A stretch of 64,000 nt of DNA from an uncultured Chitinophagaceae bacterium (GCA_963819925.1 CAWFYG010000005.1:381849-445848), one strand, 5' to 3'; shown: positions 40,405 to 51,232, counted from the stretch's first letter. Notes: generated from the sequence alone by a model not told the origin. Program-made: numbers and translations.

Positions 40405-41647
40405 ATCTGCCAGGATTAAATGCTTTAATATCCATACTTATTGGTTCTTCATTTATGATTTCACTTACTAACTTTCCGGTTGCGGCGCCAAGACTTAATC
40501 CTAGCATTGCGTGGCCGGTTGCAATTACCAGGTTTTTATAATTATTTACTTTGCCAATATAGGGCAATCCGTCTGCGGAGCATGGCCTGAATCCAAACCA
40601 TATTTTATCCCGGGCAGGAAACGGAATATCTGCATCGGGGAAATATTTTTTTACCGATTCGAGTATCCCTTTCACCCTGTTCATTCTTGGAGGCGTGTCA
40701 AGAGAAGTAATTTCCATAGTACCTCCAAACCGTATTTTATTTTCCGCCATCGGTGTTAAGGCAACTCTTCCTTCGCTTAATATTATCGGCCTGCTTATTT
40801 TGAATGGAAGATTTTCATAAGTAAACGAATAACCTCTTCCGCCAACGACAGGAATGTTAAGGTTTAATTTTGACGCAACCGCGCCACTCCAGGCACCGGT
40901 GGCCAATACAACGTACTCACCAAAATATTCTGATGAGTTGGTTTGAACGCCTTTAATATTATTTCCTTCAATAATAAAATCTTTTACTTCTTCATTTGCC
41001 CGGAATTGTACGTCGTTCTTTTTAAGAAAAGCAATCATATCCTTCATCAGTTTGTTCGGATACATGTGGGCATCACATTCAAAATAAACAGCGCCTTTTA
41101 TGTCCATATTCAGGCCTGGTTCCATTTGCTCTACTTCCTGTTTGGTTAAAACTTCTGCATCAAGCCCCAATTTTTTTGAAGCTGCAACCATTTCTTCAGC
41201 GTGATGGGCATTTTCATCTGTCCTGAAAAAATCGAGCATTCCTTTTCTTGAGTAATAGAAATCAAATCCCGGAACATCGCATAAATCTTCATAGAGTTTC
41301 CTGCTTAATAAATTAATATCACGGAGAGGGATAGCCGAAGCGTCAACATTGGCTTTCGTTGCCGACCTGATAAACTTCATTCCCCAGTTAACGAGGCTTT
41401 TGCTTAATCTCGGCTGCACATAGAAAGGACTTTTTGAATCAACCATCCATTTAAAACCCTGCCTGACAATGCCGGGAGATGCTAAAGGAACAAAATGACT
41501 GGGGCTTACATAGCCTGCATTGCCGTAAGAGCAGCCATCGAGCATGTTAGTTTTATCAATGATCGTGATTTGGTGCCCCTGTTGGAGCAGGTAGTAGGCG
41601 CTGCTCAGGCCGATTATGCCACCACCAATTACAATTATTTTAGCCAT
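40397..41647 (-). CDS. FAD-dependent D-amino acid dehydrogenase (putative D-hydroxyproline dehydrogenase)
   Basis: IGGGIIG, SYGNAG, GFRPCSADGLPYIG, ATGHAMLGLSLG; downstream of hydroxyproline epimerase. Confidence 0.85.
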   Translation of the reverse strand: MAKIIVIGGGIIGLSSAYYLLQQGHQITIIDKTNMLDGCSYGNAGYVSPSHFVPLASPGIVRQGFKWMVDSKSPFYVQPRLSKSLVNWGMKFIRSATKANVDASAIPLRDINLLSRKLYEDLCDVPGFDFYYSRKGMLDFFRTDENAHHAEEMVAASKKLGLDAEVLTKQEVEQMEPGLNMDIKGAVYFECDAHMYPNKLMKDMIAFLKKNDVQFRANEEVKDFIIEGNNIKGVQTNSSEYFGEYVVLATGAWSGAVASKLNLNIPVVGGRGYSFTYENLPFKISRPIILSEGRVALTPMAENKIRFGGTMEITSLDTPPRMNRVKGILESVKKYFPDADIPFPARDKIWFGFRPCSADGLPYIGKVNNYKNLVIATGHAMLGLSLGAATGKLVSEIINEEPISMDIKAFNPGRFN

Positions 41648-41713
41648 CTTTTTTTTGTGAAATTTCAATATTCAAACTTATCAATTCAACAATTGAACAA
41701 TTTATCATCATAT

Positions 41714-42715
41714 TTACACCACCTGGAACCCTAATGCATAAGGATCATCTTCTTCGTCTATAGTTATAACGTTATGCCCGTATATTTTTGCCCAGCCTTC
41801 AATGCCGGGAACAATTGCGGGTTTGCCTCCCACCTCTGTAATGCTTTCAATAGCACCAATAAATTTAGAACCGATAATACTTTCGTGAATAAAAATATCG
41901 CCTTGCTTTAATTTTCCTTTCGCAAACCATTGTGCCATTCTTGCTGAAGTGCCGGTACCGCAGGGTGAGCGGTCAATAGCCTTGTCACCATAAAACACGG
42001 CATTTCTTGCGGAAGAATTTTTATCCAAAGTTTTTCCGGTCCATAAAATATGCGAACATCCATTAATCGTTGCATTCTCAGGATGAATAAACGTATGTTC
42101 TTCGTTTATCTTCCTTCTTAATATTCTGCTCCAGCTTATTAATTGATCAGCAGAATAATTTTCAAGACCTTTAAAATTTTCCTGCACGTCTACAATGGCA
42201 TAAAAATTTCCGCCGTAAGAAACATCAACCTTAAGTTTGCCCAAGTCAGGGCAATCAACTGCAATATTTTCTGCCTCCAGAAATGATGGTACGTTAGTAA
42301 GTTTTACCGATGCTACTTTATCACCTTTCATTTTGTATTCAATCATCACTAAGCCGGCAGGAGCTTCCATGCGAACAATGCCCGGAACTTTTGGAACCAG
42401 CAAGCCTTCTTCTATTGCAATAGTGATTGTGCCAATAGTTCCATGACCGCACATCGGCAGGCATCCGCTTGTTTCAATAAATAAAACTGCCACGTCATTT
42501 GCCGGATCGTGAGGCGGGTATAAAATGCTTCCGCTCATCATATCATGACCTCTTGGTTCAAACATTAATCCCTTTCTTATCCAGTCAAACTCTTTTAAAA
42601 AATGTTGCCTTTTTTCACTCATGTTACTTCCATGCAATGCAGGCCCACCTTCTGCTATCAACCGTACGGGGTTACCGCAGGTATGTGCATCTATGCAATG
42701 AAAAGTATATTTCAT
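41714..42715 (-). CDS. 4-hydroxyproline 2-epimerase (proline racemase family)
   Basis: IDAHTCGNP, EPRGHDMMSG, MCGHGTIG and DRSPCGTG with both catalytic Cys. Confidence 0.93.
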   Translation of the reverse strand: MKYTFHCIDAHTCGNPVRLIAEGGPALHGSNMSEKRQHFLKEFDWIRKGLMFEPRGHDMMSGSILYPPHDPANDVAVLFIETSGCLPMCGHGTIGTITIAIEEGLLVPKVPGIVRMEAPAGLVMIEYKMKGDKVASVKLTNVPSFLEAENIAVDCPDLGKLKVDVSYGGNFYAIVDVQENFKGLENYSADQLISWSRILRRKINEEHTFIHPENATINGCSHILWTGKTLDKNSSARNAVFYGDKAIDRSPCGTGTSARMAQWFAKGKLKQGDIFIHESIIGSKFIGAIESITEVGGKPAIVPGIEGWAKIYGHNVITIDEEDDPYALGFQVV

Positions 42716-42755
42716 TAGTTTTTTATGATGATATAATTATGGAAGGCTGATGTTT

Positions 42756-44255
42756 TTATTCAACATTGCCGTTAGTAAACTGGTTATTAACAAGTCTCCA
42801 GATTTTTTTTGGATTTGTATTTTTTAATTCGGAAGGTAAAAGATATTCGGGACAATTTTGGAAACAAACAGGCCGCACCCAGCGCTTTACACCATTAATA
42901 CCAACTGCCGTAAAGCGGCTGTCTGTTGTTGCAGGAAATGGACCGCCATGAACCATGCTGGGACAAACTTCCACGCCGGTTGGAGGATTATTAAAATTTA
43001 TTCTACCTGCAATAGTCGGAGCAATTGCTATTAGTTCTTTATTATCATTAAAATCTTTGTCAGTTCCCATTAAAGAAGTAGATAGCTGCCCGGCTACAGA
43101 TTGCCACACTTCTTTCAGTTCGTTAATATCTCTGCATTTTACCATTAATGAATAAGGGCCAAACACCTCTTCATGTAATGTGGGATTGCTTAAGAATGTT
43201 TCACCACTAACTGCAGCTATTGCAGGAAGCGTTTTTATTCCATTAGATTGATACGTTGATTTCTTTATTAACGTCACACCTTTTTGTGAAAGCGCTTTCT
43301 CCTGCTTTTCTATATAGGCCTTTTGAATTCCTTCATGTAACATTTTTGAAGGAACAAATTTTGAAACCTCTTCACTTAAATTTTCTAAGAAATTATTTAA
43401 AGCTTTGCTTTCAACCGCTATCATTAAACCCGGATTGGTACAAAATTGTCCCATGCCGAGCGTTATAGAACCGGTATACATTTTCACTAATGCGTCAGCA
43501 TTTTTTTCTAAAGCATCCCCGAAAAAAATTACCGGGTTAATGCTTCCCATTTCAGAAAAAACAGGAATAGGATTTTTCCTTTCAGCTGCATAATCGTACA
43601 ACGCTTTCCCGCCGCTGAAAGAACCCGTAAAGCCAACGGCAGCGGTGACCGGGTGCTGTACCAATGTTTTTCCCGTTGAAAATCCTTCATCCTGCACGTG
43701 CTGAAAAACATTATCGGGCATATTGCATTTTTCAATCGCTGTCTTAATCGCTTCGTATACCATCGTTGAAGTTTTGGCGTGAGCAGGGTGGGCTTTCACA
43801 ACAACGCTGCAACCGGCGGCTAATGCTGAAGCAGTATCACCACCTGCAGTAGAATAAGCAAAAGGAAAATTGCTGGCTCCAAAAACTATTACAGGCCCAA
43901 GAGGGATAAACATTTTTCTTAGATCCGGTTTTGGTACCGGTGAACGATCGGGTATAGCGGTATCTATGGAAGCTTCTACCCAGCTTCCTTCTTTTACCAT
44001 TGCAGCAAACATTCGCAATTGCATTGTAGTTCTTGCCCGTTCTCCTGTTAGTCTTCCTGCGGGTAAATTGGTTTCTTCACTTGCCTGGTTTATTAAAGAA
44101 TCGCCTAAGGCTTCAATTTCTTCAGCTACAGTTTCTAAAAAGGTTGCTTTTCGTTCAGGCGAAATCTTTTTATAAATATCAAATGCCTGTAATGCATCGA
44201 GCATTATTTCATCGATGGATGATGAAATAATTCCGGTTTTTTTCGTAGCTAACAT
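42756..44255 (-). CDS. NADP-dependent aldehyde dehydrogenase (alpha-ketoglutaric semialdehyde dehydrogenase type)
   Basis: FGASNFPFAYSTAGGDTASALAAG, FTGS, EMGSINP, GQFCTNPG, EEVFGP, HGGPFPATTD. Confidence 0.9.
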   Translation of the reverse strand: MLATKKTGIISSSIDEIMLDALQAFDIYKKISPERKATFLETVAEEIEALGDSLINQASEETNLPAGRLTGERARTTMQLRMFAAMVKEGSWVEASIDTAIPDRSPVPKPDLRKMFIPLGPVIVFGASNFPFAYSTAGGDTASALAAGCSVVVKAHPAHAKTSTMVYEAIKTAIEKCNMPDNVFQHVQDEGFSTGKTLVQHPVTAAVGFTGSFSGGKALYDYAAERKNPIPVFSEMGSINPVIFFGDALEKNADALVKMYTGSITLGMGQFCTNPGLMIAVESKALNNFLENLSEEVSKFVPSKMLHEGIQKAYIEKQEKALSQKGVTLIKKSTYQSNGIKTLPAIAAVSGETFLSNPTLHEEVFGPYSLMVKCRDINELKEVWQSVAGQLSTSLMGTDKDFNDNKELIAIAPTIAGRINFNNPPTGVEVCPSMVHGGPFPATTDSRFTAVGINGVKRWVRPVCFQNCPEYLLPSELKNTNPKKIWRLVNNQFTNGNVE

Positions 44256-44266
44256 CTTTCAAAATT

Positions 44267-45220
44267 TTACAATGATATACTTTTTGCAGACGGGCGCAAT
44301 ACTTGCTCCGATGGCAGGTATTTATCAAGATTTGGCCTCGTTGCAATACCATCATTTATGATTTTTAATATTCTCTCTCTTTCTTCCCCCGCCAAAGCAA
44401 GACGTGGTTCTCTTACGTTTTCTGATCCAATACCCACCTGTGCTTCGGCCAGTTTAATATACTGTACCAATTTGGGATGAATATCTAGTTCAAGCAGTGG
44501 CATAAACCAACGGTATATGTAAGTGGCTTCCTTTATCCGCCCTGCTTTTACAAGGTTGTAAACCGCCATAGTTTCTGCGGGGAAAGCACATACCAATCCT
44601 GCAACCCATCCATGAGCGCCCATCAGCATTTCTTCCATGGCCAAAGTATCCACGCCGCATAAAATTTTATACCTGCCACCAAATCGTGTAAGCGTTCTCG
44701 TTACATTAGTCACATCACGTGTTGATTCTTTTATAGCCTGTATATTTTTACATTCCACCAGTTCGGCAAACATTTCAAGTGTTACTTCTATTTTGTAATC
44801 AGCCGGGTTGTTGTAAATCATTATGGGTAAATCGGTTGAGTTTGCAATTGCTTTAAAATAAGCGACTGTTTCCCGGTGATCGCTTTTATAACGCATGGGG
44901 GGTAAAAGCATCAATCCTTCGCAACCCCATTTTGCAGCAAGTTCAACTTGCCTGATTGCTTCCCGGGTTGCACCTTCAGCAATATTCAAGATCACAGGAA
45001 TTTTGCCGTCTATAGTTTCAATAGCAAATTGAACCAATTCGGATTTTTCTTCTGTTGTTAATACACTTGCTTCGCCCAATGTTCCGCCCAGAATAATACC
45101 ATGGACGCCTGCTTGCAACTGTGCATCAAGGTTTTTCTTAAACATGGGAAGATCTAACTGATCATCGCTGCTAAATTGTGTCGTGAGAGCAGGAAAAACT
45201 CCATTCCAGTTTATTGACAT
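44267..45220 (-). CDS. DapA-like family protein (putative pyrroline-4-hydroxy-2-carboxylate deaminase)
   Basis: GVFPALTT, GGTLGE, IMIYNNP, AIKES, WVAGLVCAFP; first gene of the Hyp operon. Confidence 0.85.
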   Translation of the reverse strand: MSINWNGVFPALTTQFSSDDQLDLPMFKKNLDAQLQAGVHGIILGGTLGEASVLTTEEKSELVQFAIETIDGKIPVILNIAEGATREAIRQVELAAKWGCEGLMLLPPMRYKSDHRETVAYFKAIANSTDLPIMIYNNPADYKIEVTLEMFAELVECKNIQAIKESTRDVTNVTRTLTRFGGRYKILCGVDTLAMEEMLMGAHGWVAGLVCAFPAETMAVYNLVKAGRIKEATYIYRWFMPLLELDIHPKLVQYIKLAEAQVGIGSENVREPRLALAGEERERILKIINDGIATRPNLDKYLPSEQVLRPSAKSISL

Positions 45221-45350
45221 AAAATAAATTTTAGTAAAGGTATTTTTTTTAAATAGAAAAAGCTACAAATACGCTTATAACACACTGCATTGATTAAACA
45301 AGCGACCTTTATGCAACTTAACTTTAATTGGAGGAGATATAAGCGTTAAA

Positions 45351-45380
45351 CAAAAGACAGGCCAGCTTACCTGTCTTTTG
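45351..45380 (-). terminator. Intrinsic terminator
   Basis: CAAAAGACAGG / CCTGTCTTTTG inverted repeat. Confidence 0.7.
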
Positions 45381-45402
45381 TCATTTTATCGAAAGGAATG
45401 AT

Positions 45403-47562
45403 TTAATTAATTACAACTTTTTCGGTATGTGTTTCCCTGCCATCAAATATGGTTGCAAAATAAATACCACTCGCCAAAAGCGGCGAACTTACCATTTGTG
45501 AATTAATATTTAGCAGTGATTGTTTAATTATAGTTTGGCCTGCAGTATTTCTTACAATTATAGTTGCTTCACTAAAATCAATATTATCATTTTTAATAAC
45601 GCCAAAATATTTTTTGCCGGGATAAGAAATTATTTTGAAATGGTTGCCTGTAATGCTTAAATCCACAGAAATGATATTGCTTAAAGTGAATTTCCCGTCG
45701 ACATCCATTTCCTTTAGGCGATAATAATTTTTACCAGCAACAGGTGAGTGATCAATAAATGAATAAGAAGTTTTTGATTGTGAATTTCCTTTTGCCGTTA
45801 TGCTACCAATAGGCGAAAAGTTAGTTCCATCCGTGCTTTTTTGAATTTCAAAAGATTGGCTATTTATTTCCTGTTGAGTTTCCCAATCTATTTCAGCATT
45901 GTTGTTATTGAGCTTGGTGACTTTAAGATAATTTATATTAACAGGTAAGGCACCTGAGATTGCAACGCTTGATTCAGGATTATCGCCGAGAAGATATAAT
46001 GCATTGTTACCAGTGACCGAATTTTTATTGTACTCGACAACCCGAAAAAAATAGGTTTTACCACTTGTGAGTCCTGTTACTGTTACACTGCTACCCGTCC
46101 CGTTATAAACAACATAATTATTCGCACCTACCGCACTGCCTGACCCGAAAACAGCATTACCGGAATAATCGGCGCCATCCGACGGAAAAGCATCTATTTC
46201 AGCATCCGGGCTTGCAAGCAATAGCCTGTTGTCCCCATTTCCATTGGTCCAGTTAATTGTTACAGAATTGGAAGTGACATTACTAAACATAATACCACTC
46301 GCATTTGCTGTTGGAGATTCCATAAGGTCCCATGTAGGCCACGTTGTGGTAGCAGCAATACAATTCCACCCGAGGTTATCGAGGTCGGTCCAAAAATTAG
46401 CATTAGTAATGTTGCGTTTATTACAAATAATTATCCATGTAAAACCATTGCTCGCTCTCACCTGCTCACTAGCTGTTCCATCTAGTGCACCGGTATGCCA
46501 CCAGTTATCATATGGATTCACAGACCATCCTTTTGCATAATATTGATTGTTTGCTGAAGGTGCTGTCATAACTGCAATAGTAGCGGGTGTTAAAATATCC
46601 GGTTTGGTAGAAAAGCCATCAACCGCAACTAATAATTTGAGCATGTCCCTGCTGCTGGCAATCCATCCGCCATGGGCATCCATCGCCTCCACGCTGAATC
46701 CGCCATATTCCCAGGGAACATAAGTACCATCGCCATAGCAGGATAACGTCGTGTAGCCGTTACCGACATATTCACCTTCCCGTTCCTGCTTATCAGCAAG
46801 GAGATTTTTCCCTAAACGCATATCAAAAATTCCAAGTGGTGCAAGTATGCTGTCTCTTACATAATCACCATAAGACATGCCGGTTATCTTTTCAATAATA
46901 TCTCCTAATACAAGGTAGCCAATATTGGAATAGTTGTATGCAGTACCGGGATCAAAATCCAATCCTTTCTCCAATAAAAATTTTACCAGGTCATCTTTGT
47001 GTACGGGGTTTGTTGTTCCCTCGAGCATGGTTACACGAAGAGGGAAAGAAATCGGATCACAACCGGAAAGGAAATATGGATAAGGCAAAGTGGGATTTGG
47101 ATTACAATCCAGGTCCCTATTCCATCCGGCCTCATGTTCAAGCAAGTTCTGAACTGTTATATTATAAATACGATTGTCAGTGATATTGGCCGTGGAAAAC
47201 ACAGGATGGTTTTCTAAAATACCACCAGTTCCAAATACCTTATCTGCCATAGCCACTCTTCCCTGTTGCATTAACTTCATTACGGTAATGGATGTTATTT
47301 GTTTTGATAAGCTTGCAATTCTGAATAAATTATAAGGTTGTGTGGGTACAGTTTGACTAACATCCGAGTAACCAAATGCCCTCATGTAAACAATTTTGCC
47401 ATCTTTTGCAATTGCAACTGTGGCACCGGGTATGCCATAGGCTGCCAGGAAATTGCTTATCAGGTTATCGGATTGTGTCATTTCAGGAACAGGAATTCCG
47501 GTTTGCGCATTGGTACAACTAATAACCAGCAAAAACGCAATTGGCAGTAAAATAAATTTCAT
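45403..47562 (-). CDS. Secreted serine hydrolase (beta-lactamase/PBP-like family) with FN3-like module and T9SS C-terminal domain
   Basis: FRIASLSK (SxxK), YSN, WWHTG; FN3-like VTGLTSGKTYFFRVVEYN; LPVN...YYRLKEMDVDG; CTD-like LASGIYFATI...EKVVIN; start placed at ATG 47562. Confidence 0.88.
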   Translation of the reverse strand: MKFILLPIAFLLVISCTNAQTGIPVPEMTQSDNLISNFLAAYGIPGATVAIAKDGKIVYMRAFGYSDVSQTVPTQPYNLFRIASLSKQITSITVMKLMQQGRVAMADKVFGTGGILENHPVFSTANITDNRIYNITVQNLLEHEAGWNRDLDCNPNPTLPYPYFLSGCDPISFPLRVTMLEGTTNPVHKDDLVKFLLEKGLDFDPGTAYNYSNIGYLVLGDIIEKITGMSYGDYVRDSILAPLGIFDMRLGKNLLADKQEREGEYVGNGYTTLSCYGDGTYVPWEYGGFSVEAMDAHGGWIASSRDMLKLLVAVDGFSTKPDILTPATIAVMTAPSANNQYYAKGWSVNPYDNWWHTGALDGTASEQVRASNGFTWIIICNKRNITNANFWTDLDNLGWNCIAATTTWPTWDLMESPTANASGIMFSNVTSNSVTINWTNGNGDNRLLLASPDAEIDAFPSDGADYSGNAVFGSGSAVGANNYVVYNGTGSSVTVTGLTSGKTYFFRVVEYNKNSVTGNNALYLLGDNPESSVAISGALPVNINYLKVTKLNNNNAEIDWETQQEINSQSFEIQKSTDGTNFSPIGSITAKGNSQSKTSYSFIDHSPVAGKNYYRLKEMDVDGKFTLSNIISVDLSITGNHFKIISYPGKKYFGVIKNDNIDFSEATIIVRNTAGQTIIKQSLLNINSQMVSSPLLASGIYFATIFDGRETHTEKVVIN

Positions 47563-47795
47563 GATCGATAATTTTATTTTTGATTTTGGAAAATAAAATG
47601 AAGGTAACGGGAATGGATTCCGGGAGAATATTGAAAAAGACGAGAATAAATTTAGAAAATACCAGCATTTTCTCCAACGCACTACTACAAATTAAGTATC
47701 GGAAAACGCCCTGTATCAAAAACGTTTTACATATTAATGACTGTTTCGTTTGTTGAAGGAAATTTTTTTGTATGATTACAAAAAACTTCTGAAAT

Positions 47796-47830
47796 AAAAT
47801 AAAAGCCAGGCGTTAGCCCGGCTTTATTTT
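47796..47830 (-). terminator. Intrinsic terminator
   Basis: AAAATAAAAGCC..GG / CC..GGCTTTATTTT imperfect hairpin. Confidence 0.55.
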
Positions 47831-47849
47831 AAAATAGTTTAAACGGCGA

Positions 47850-49919
47850 TCACCATCCCCACTGATTCATAATAAATTCAAAAATAAAATCCCAGTTGTC
47901 AATAGATTGCTCAGTGCTTTGGCCGGAGCCATGCCCGCTATTATAATCCATATGTAATATAACCGGATTGATTTGTCCCGGGTTATTTTGTAAAGCAGCC
48001 ACAAATTTTTTTGCGTTCATCGGATCAACACGGCTGTCATTGGCGCCTGCGGTTACCAGCATTGCAGGAAGATTAACTCCCATCCGGATATTTTGATAAG
48101 GTGAATAACGAAGTAACCAGCGAAAATCTGCATCGTTATCTGAAGTGCCATACTCCGGTATCCAGTAGCGTGCAATTAAAAACTTTTGGTAGCGTAGCAT
48201 ATCCAATAACGGAACGGCACACACGATTGCTTTGTATAAATCCGGTCGCTGTGTCGCAACTGCTCCCATTAATAAACCTCCGTTACTGCCGCCGATGGCA
48301 ACTAACTTGGAAGGGCTTGTATATTTTTCTTTAATAAGCCATTCAGCACAACTATTAAAATCATCGAAGCAATTTTGTTTATTAGCGAGCATTCCCTGCC
48401 GGTGCCATCTTTCGCCATATTCGTCGCCACCTCTTATTCCCGCCTCTACTACCATACCTCCGCGGTTGAGGAAGGGAGCATAGAAGCCATAATAGTGTGG
48501 TTCAATTCCAATATTGAAACCGCCGTATGCAGTAAGCAAAACGGCATTAGAGCTGTCAAGTTTCATATCTTTCCTGTGAATTACAAAAGCAGGAACCTTA
48601 GAACTGTCTTTAGAAATATAAAATTTTATTTCACCTGTTATATTACTCATATCTATGGGAAGCTGCCTTTCATAATACAAACGCCATTTAAAATTGGAAG
48701 GTGAGGCAACAAAAATTTTAGGCATGGAAGTAAAGGTGTTCAAGGTCAGGTACACGGAATCTTCTTCGCGGTCGTAACTTATACCCCCGACATTTCCAAC
48801 TTCGGGTAAGTCAATTTGTTTTATTTTGTTTCCATCAAGATCGTATAAAAACAAGCGGCTTTGGATATCCTTTTTATCCTGTATGATGATATTATGTTTA
48901 GTAACTACATAACTCTGCATTACGGTTTCACTTTCGGGGATGAGTACTTTCCAGTTTTTATAGCCGGGATTATTTTTTTCGGCTACCATTAACCGGTAGT
49001 TTGGCGCATTATCATTCGTGAATATGTACAATTTATCTCCAATAGCTTCGGGGTATGCGGCGGATTTTTTGCTTTCATAAATTAATGTTCCTTTATCATT
49101 GGAACCGGTTTTTCGCATATAACATTTATTGGAATAAAAATCTCCTTCACCATAAAAACTTACATCGCTATAACGGTTATCATAAACGAAATAGCTGTTC
49201 TTGGCGTCTTCAGTTGTTCCCATGAATTCAGCAGTGTTAGCCGGAGAACCTACTTTCCATTCATATGTTTTTAGAGGAAGTTGCTTGTTTACGTCTTCCT
49301 GGCTTCGTATTGTGAAATAAGCATGTTGTTGATCTTTGGTCCAGGCGTAGCCAAAAGTGTTTTCAAGCGGGGGATATAAAATTTTTCCTGTTCTTGTATC
49401 TATTATATAAGTTGTTGAAATTTCTGCGCCACTTTTTTGAACGCTGATAGCTGCCCTTTCACCATCATAAGTATAGCTAACACCTGAAGTTGAGGTTTTA
49501 CCGGAAGTATCTAATTTAACGGGATCCCATATCAATGTTTTTTTGCCTTCCAGGATAGTGTATAATTTATATTGTTTATCGCCTTTTCTTTTTACGTTTT
49601 GGAAAACACGCTTACCATGTTTGCCTAAAGGTCCTTCATAATCTATATCAATGTAGGCGGCAATTTCTTTTCGAACCCCGGGATGTGATTTTTGAGTCTC
49701 CTTTAAATATTCAACTCCATAATCGTGTTGGGCTTTTGTCCACTCAATAACTTTAGGATCTTCTTTATCCTCTAGCCAGCGGTAATAGTCGGTAAGTGTC
49801 ACCCCATGCAAGGTGTCCGTTACCGGAATAGAGGGAGTTTTAGGAGGAAAAAATTTAACCTGTGCAGATGCTGTTGTGATTGTCACCTGGACAGCAATTA
49901 CCAAAAATAAATTTCTCAT
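47850..49919 (-). CDS. Prolyl oligopeptidase (S9A)
   Basis: DYYRWLED, YGGFN, RGGDEYG, GGSNGG (Ser), DSRVDP (Asp), SGHG (His); signal peptide. Confidence 0.95.
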   Translation of the reverse strand: MRNLFLVIAVQVTITTASAQVKFFPPKTPSIPVTDTLHGVTLTDYYRWLEDKEDPKVIEWTKAQHDYGVEYLKETQKSHPGVRKEIAAYIDIDYEGPLGKHGKRVFQNVKRKGDKQYKLYTILEGKKTLIWDPVKLDTSGKTSTSGVSYTYDGERAAISVQKSGAEISTTYIIDTRTGKILYPPLENTFGYAWTKDQQHAYFTIRSQEDVNKQLPLKTYEWKVGSPANTAEFMGTTEDAKNSYFVYDNRYSDVSFYGEGDFYSNKCYMRKTGSNDKGTLIYESKKSAAYPEAIGDKLYIFTNDNAPNYRLMVAEKNNPGYKNWKVLIPESETVMQSYVVTKHNIIIQDKKDIQSRLFLYDLDGNKIKQIDLPEVGNVGGISYDREEDSVYLTLNTFTSMPKIFVASPSNFKWRLYYERQLPIDMSNITGEIKFYISKDSSKVPAFVIHRKDMKLDSSNAVLLTAYGGFNIGIEPHYYGFYAPFLNRGGMVVEAGIRGGDEYGERWHRQGMLANKQNCFDDFNSCAEWLIKEKYTSPSKLVAIGGSNGGLLMGAVATQRPDLYKAIVCAVPLLDMLRYQKFLIARYWIPEYGTSDNDADFRWLLRYSPYQNIRMGVNLPAMLVTAGANDSRVDPMNAKKFVAALQNNPGQINPVILHMDYNSGHGSGQSTEQSIDNWDFIFEFIMNQWGW

Positions 49920-50000
49920 AACGTAGTCGTTGATTGCGCACCAAGTTAATTATTTTTTCAGTATGGATTTGCCGCTTTGTTACGCCGGTAGAAATTAAAA

Positions 50001-50035
50001 AAGGCTTATCGTTTCATTTCGCAACGATAAGCCTT
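50001..50035 (-). terminator. Intrinsic terminator
   Basis: AAGGCTTATCGTT / AACGATAAGCCTT 13-bp stem. Confidence 0.7.
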
Positions 50036-50070
50036 ATATGTAAATAGTTTCCTGCAGTGCAATTGGTGAC

Positions 50071-50394
50071 CTAGGAAAGTAATTGAAGATGCATGAAAGA
50101 ATATGGATCTATTGAAAATTCTTTTTCCATTTCCTCCGGTATATCACCCAGTTCGAGCTCAATAAAAGATTTGCCATGTTTTATCTGCCACAGAAATAGT
50201 TTTCTGCTTTCTTCAGAATGTAAATATACTTCCGGAAGCATTTCAGGTAATAATCCATTCCAGCATGCGTCTTCAAGCTGTTCCTTTTCTGTAAGGTTAT
50301 TTTTATTGCCGGAAACTTTTTCACTCCATTCTCTTTTGGAAAAAGTCGTGCCGGTTAATAGCAAAATTTCCTGTTGTGTCGAATTTGTTTTCAT
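50071..50394 (-). CDS. Hypothetical protein
   Basis: Acidic ORF of about 107 aa (LEDACWNGLLPEMLPE), followed by a terminator. Confidence 0.65.
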   Translation of the reverse strand: MKTNSTQQEILLLTGTTFSKREWSEKVSGNKNNLTEKEQLEDACWNGLLPEMLPEVYLHSEESRKLFLWQIKHGKSFIELELGDIPEEMEKEFSIDPYSFMHLQLLS

Positions 50395-50577
50395 GTCATT
50401 TAAATTAAATTGTTCCATTAAACTCATATCAATTAGACGTTAAACAAATTATTAAGCAAACATTCATGGATAAAAATTTGTGTTAAATACTATTGTTATT
50501 TAAAACTGTTTTTATGCCAAATTATTTTGTAGAAAAAGCACTATTTTGTTTTAGAATTATAATAACCCTAAAGTCAA

Positions 50578-51087
50578 TTGATTATGAAAGCGCAAAAAAG
50601 TGATTCTCATAAATTAAGGGAGTTAATTAAAAACCTTATTTACCTGGTTGAGGAAGGAAATGCACACATTCCCCTTGATGATGCGTTGAAAAATATGCCC
50701 TTCTCTTTATTAGGAGAAAAGCCAGGAAACCTGCCCTATAGTATATGGCAAATTGTTGAACACATTCGTATAGCACAATGGGATATTCTTGAATTTTCAA
50801 GAAATGAAAAACATATTTCTCCAAAGTGGCCTGATGGATATTGGCCAAAGGAAGTAGCTCCCGAATCAGAAAAAGCGTGGCAGAAATGTTTACAACAAAT
50901 ACGTTCTGATCGTGAATCATTTGTTGAATTGATAGAAAATACCGGTGACGATTTATATAAACCTTTTGAGTATGGTAAGGGCCAAAGTCTTCTAAAAGAA
51001 GCATTGGTGCTCGCTGATCATAATAGCTATCATACCGGGGAGATAATTGTTATCAGAAGATTATTAAATGTGTGGGGAAATAAATAG
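50578..51087 (+). CDS. DinB family protein
   Basis: YSIWQIVEHIRIAQWDI, WPDGYWP, ADHNSYHTGEI. Confidence 0.9.
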   Translation: MIMKAQKSDSHKLRELIKNLIYLVEEGNAHIPLDDALKNMPFSLLGEKPGNLPYSIWQIVEHIRIAQWDILEFSRNEKHISPKWPDGYWPKEVAPESEKAWQKCLQQIRSDRESFVELIENTGDDLYKPFEYGKGQSLLKEALVLADHNSYHTGEIIVIRRLLNVWGNK

Positions 51088-51232
51088 GCGAAACTTATTG
51101 TCATCAATAACAATATCTAACGGTGTAACATACACGCATTCTCGGGGGATATTTTGTTTTAGCACCGGGGTAGAGTTAATCTTTTCGGTTTTTGATTATA
51201 CTACCTTTGGAAACCAGACAGTCAATTTTTAT

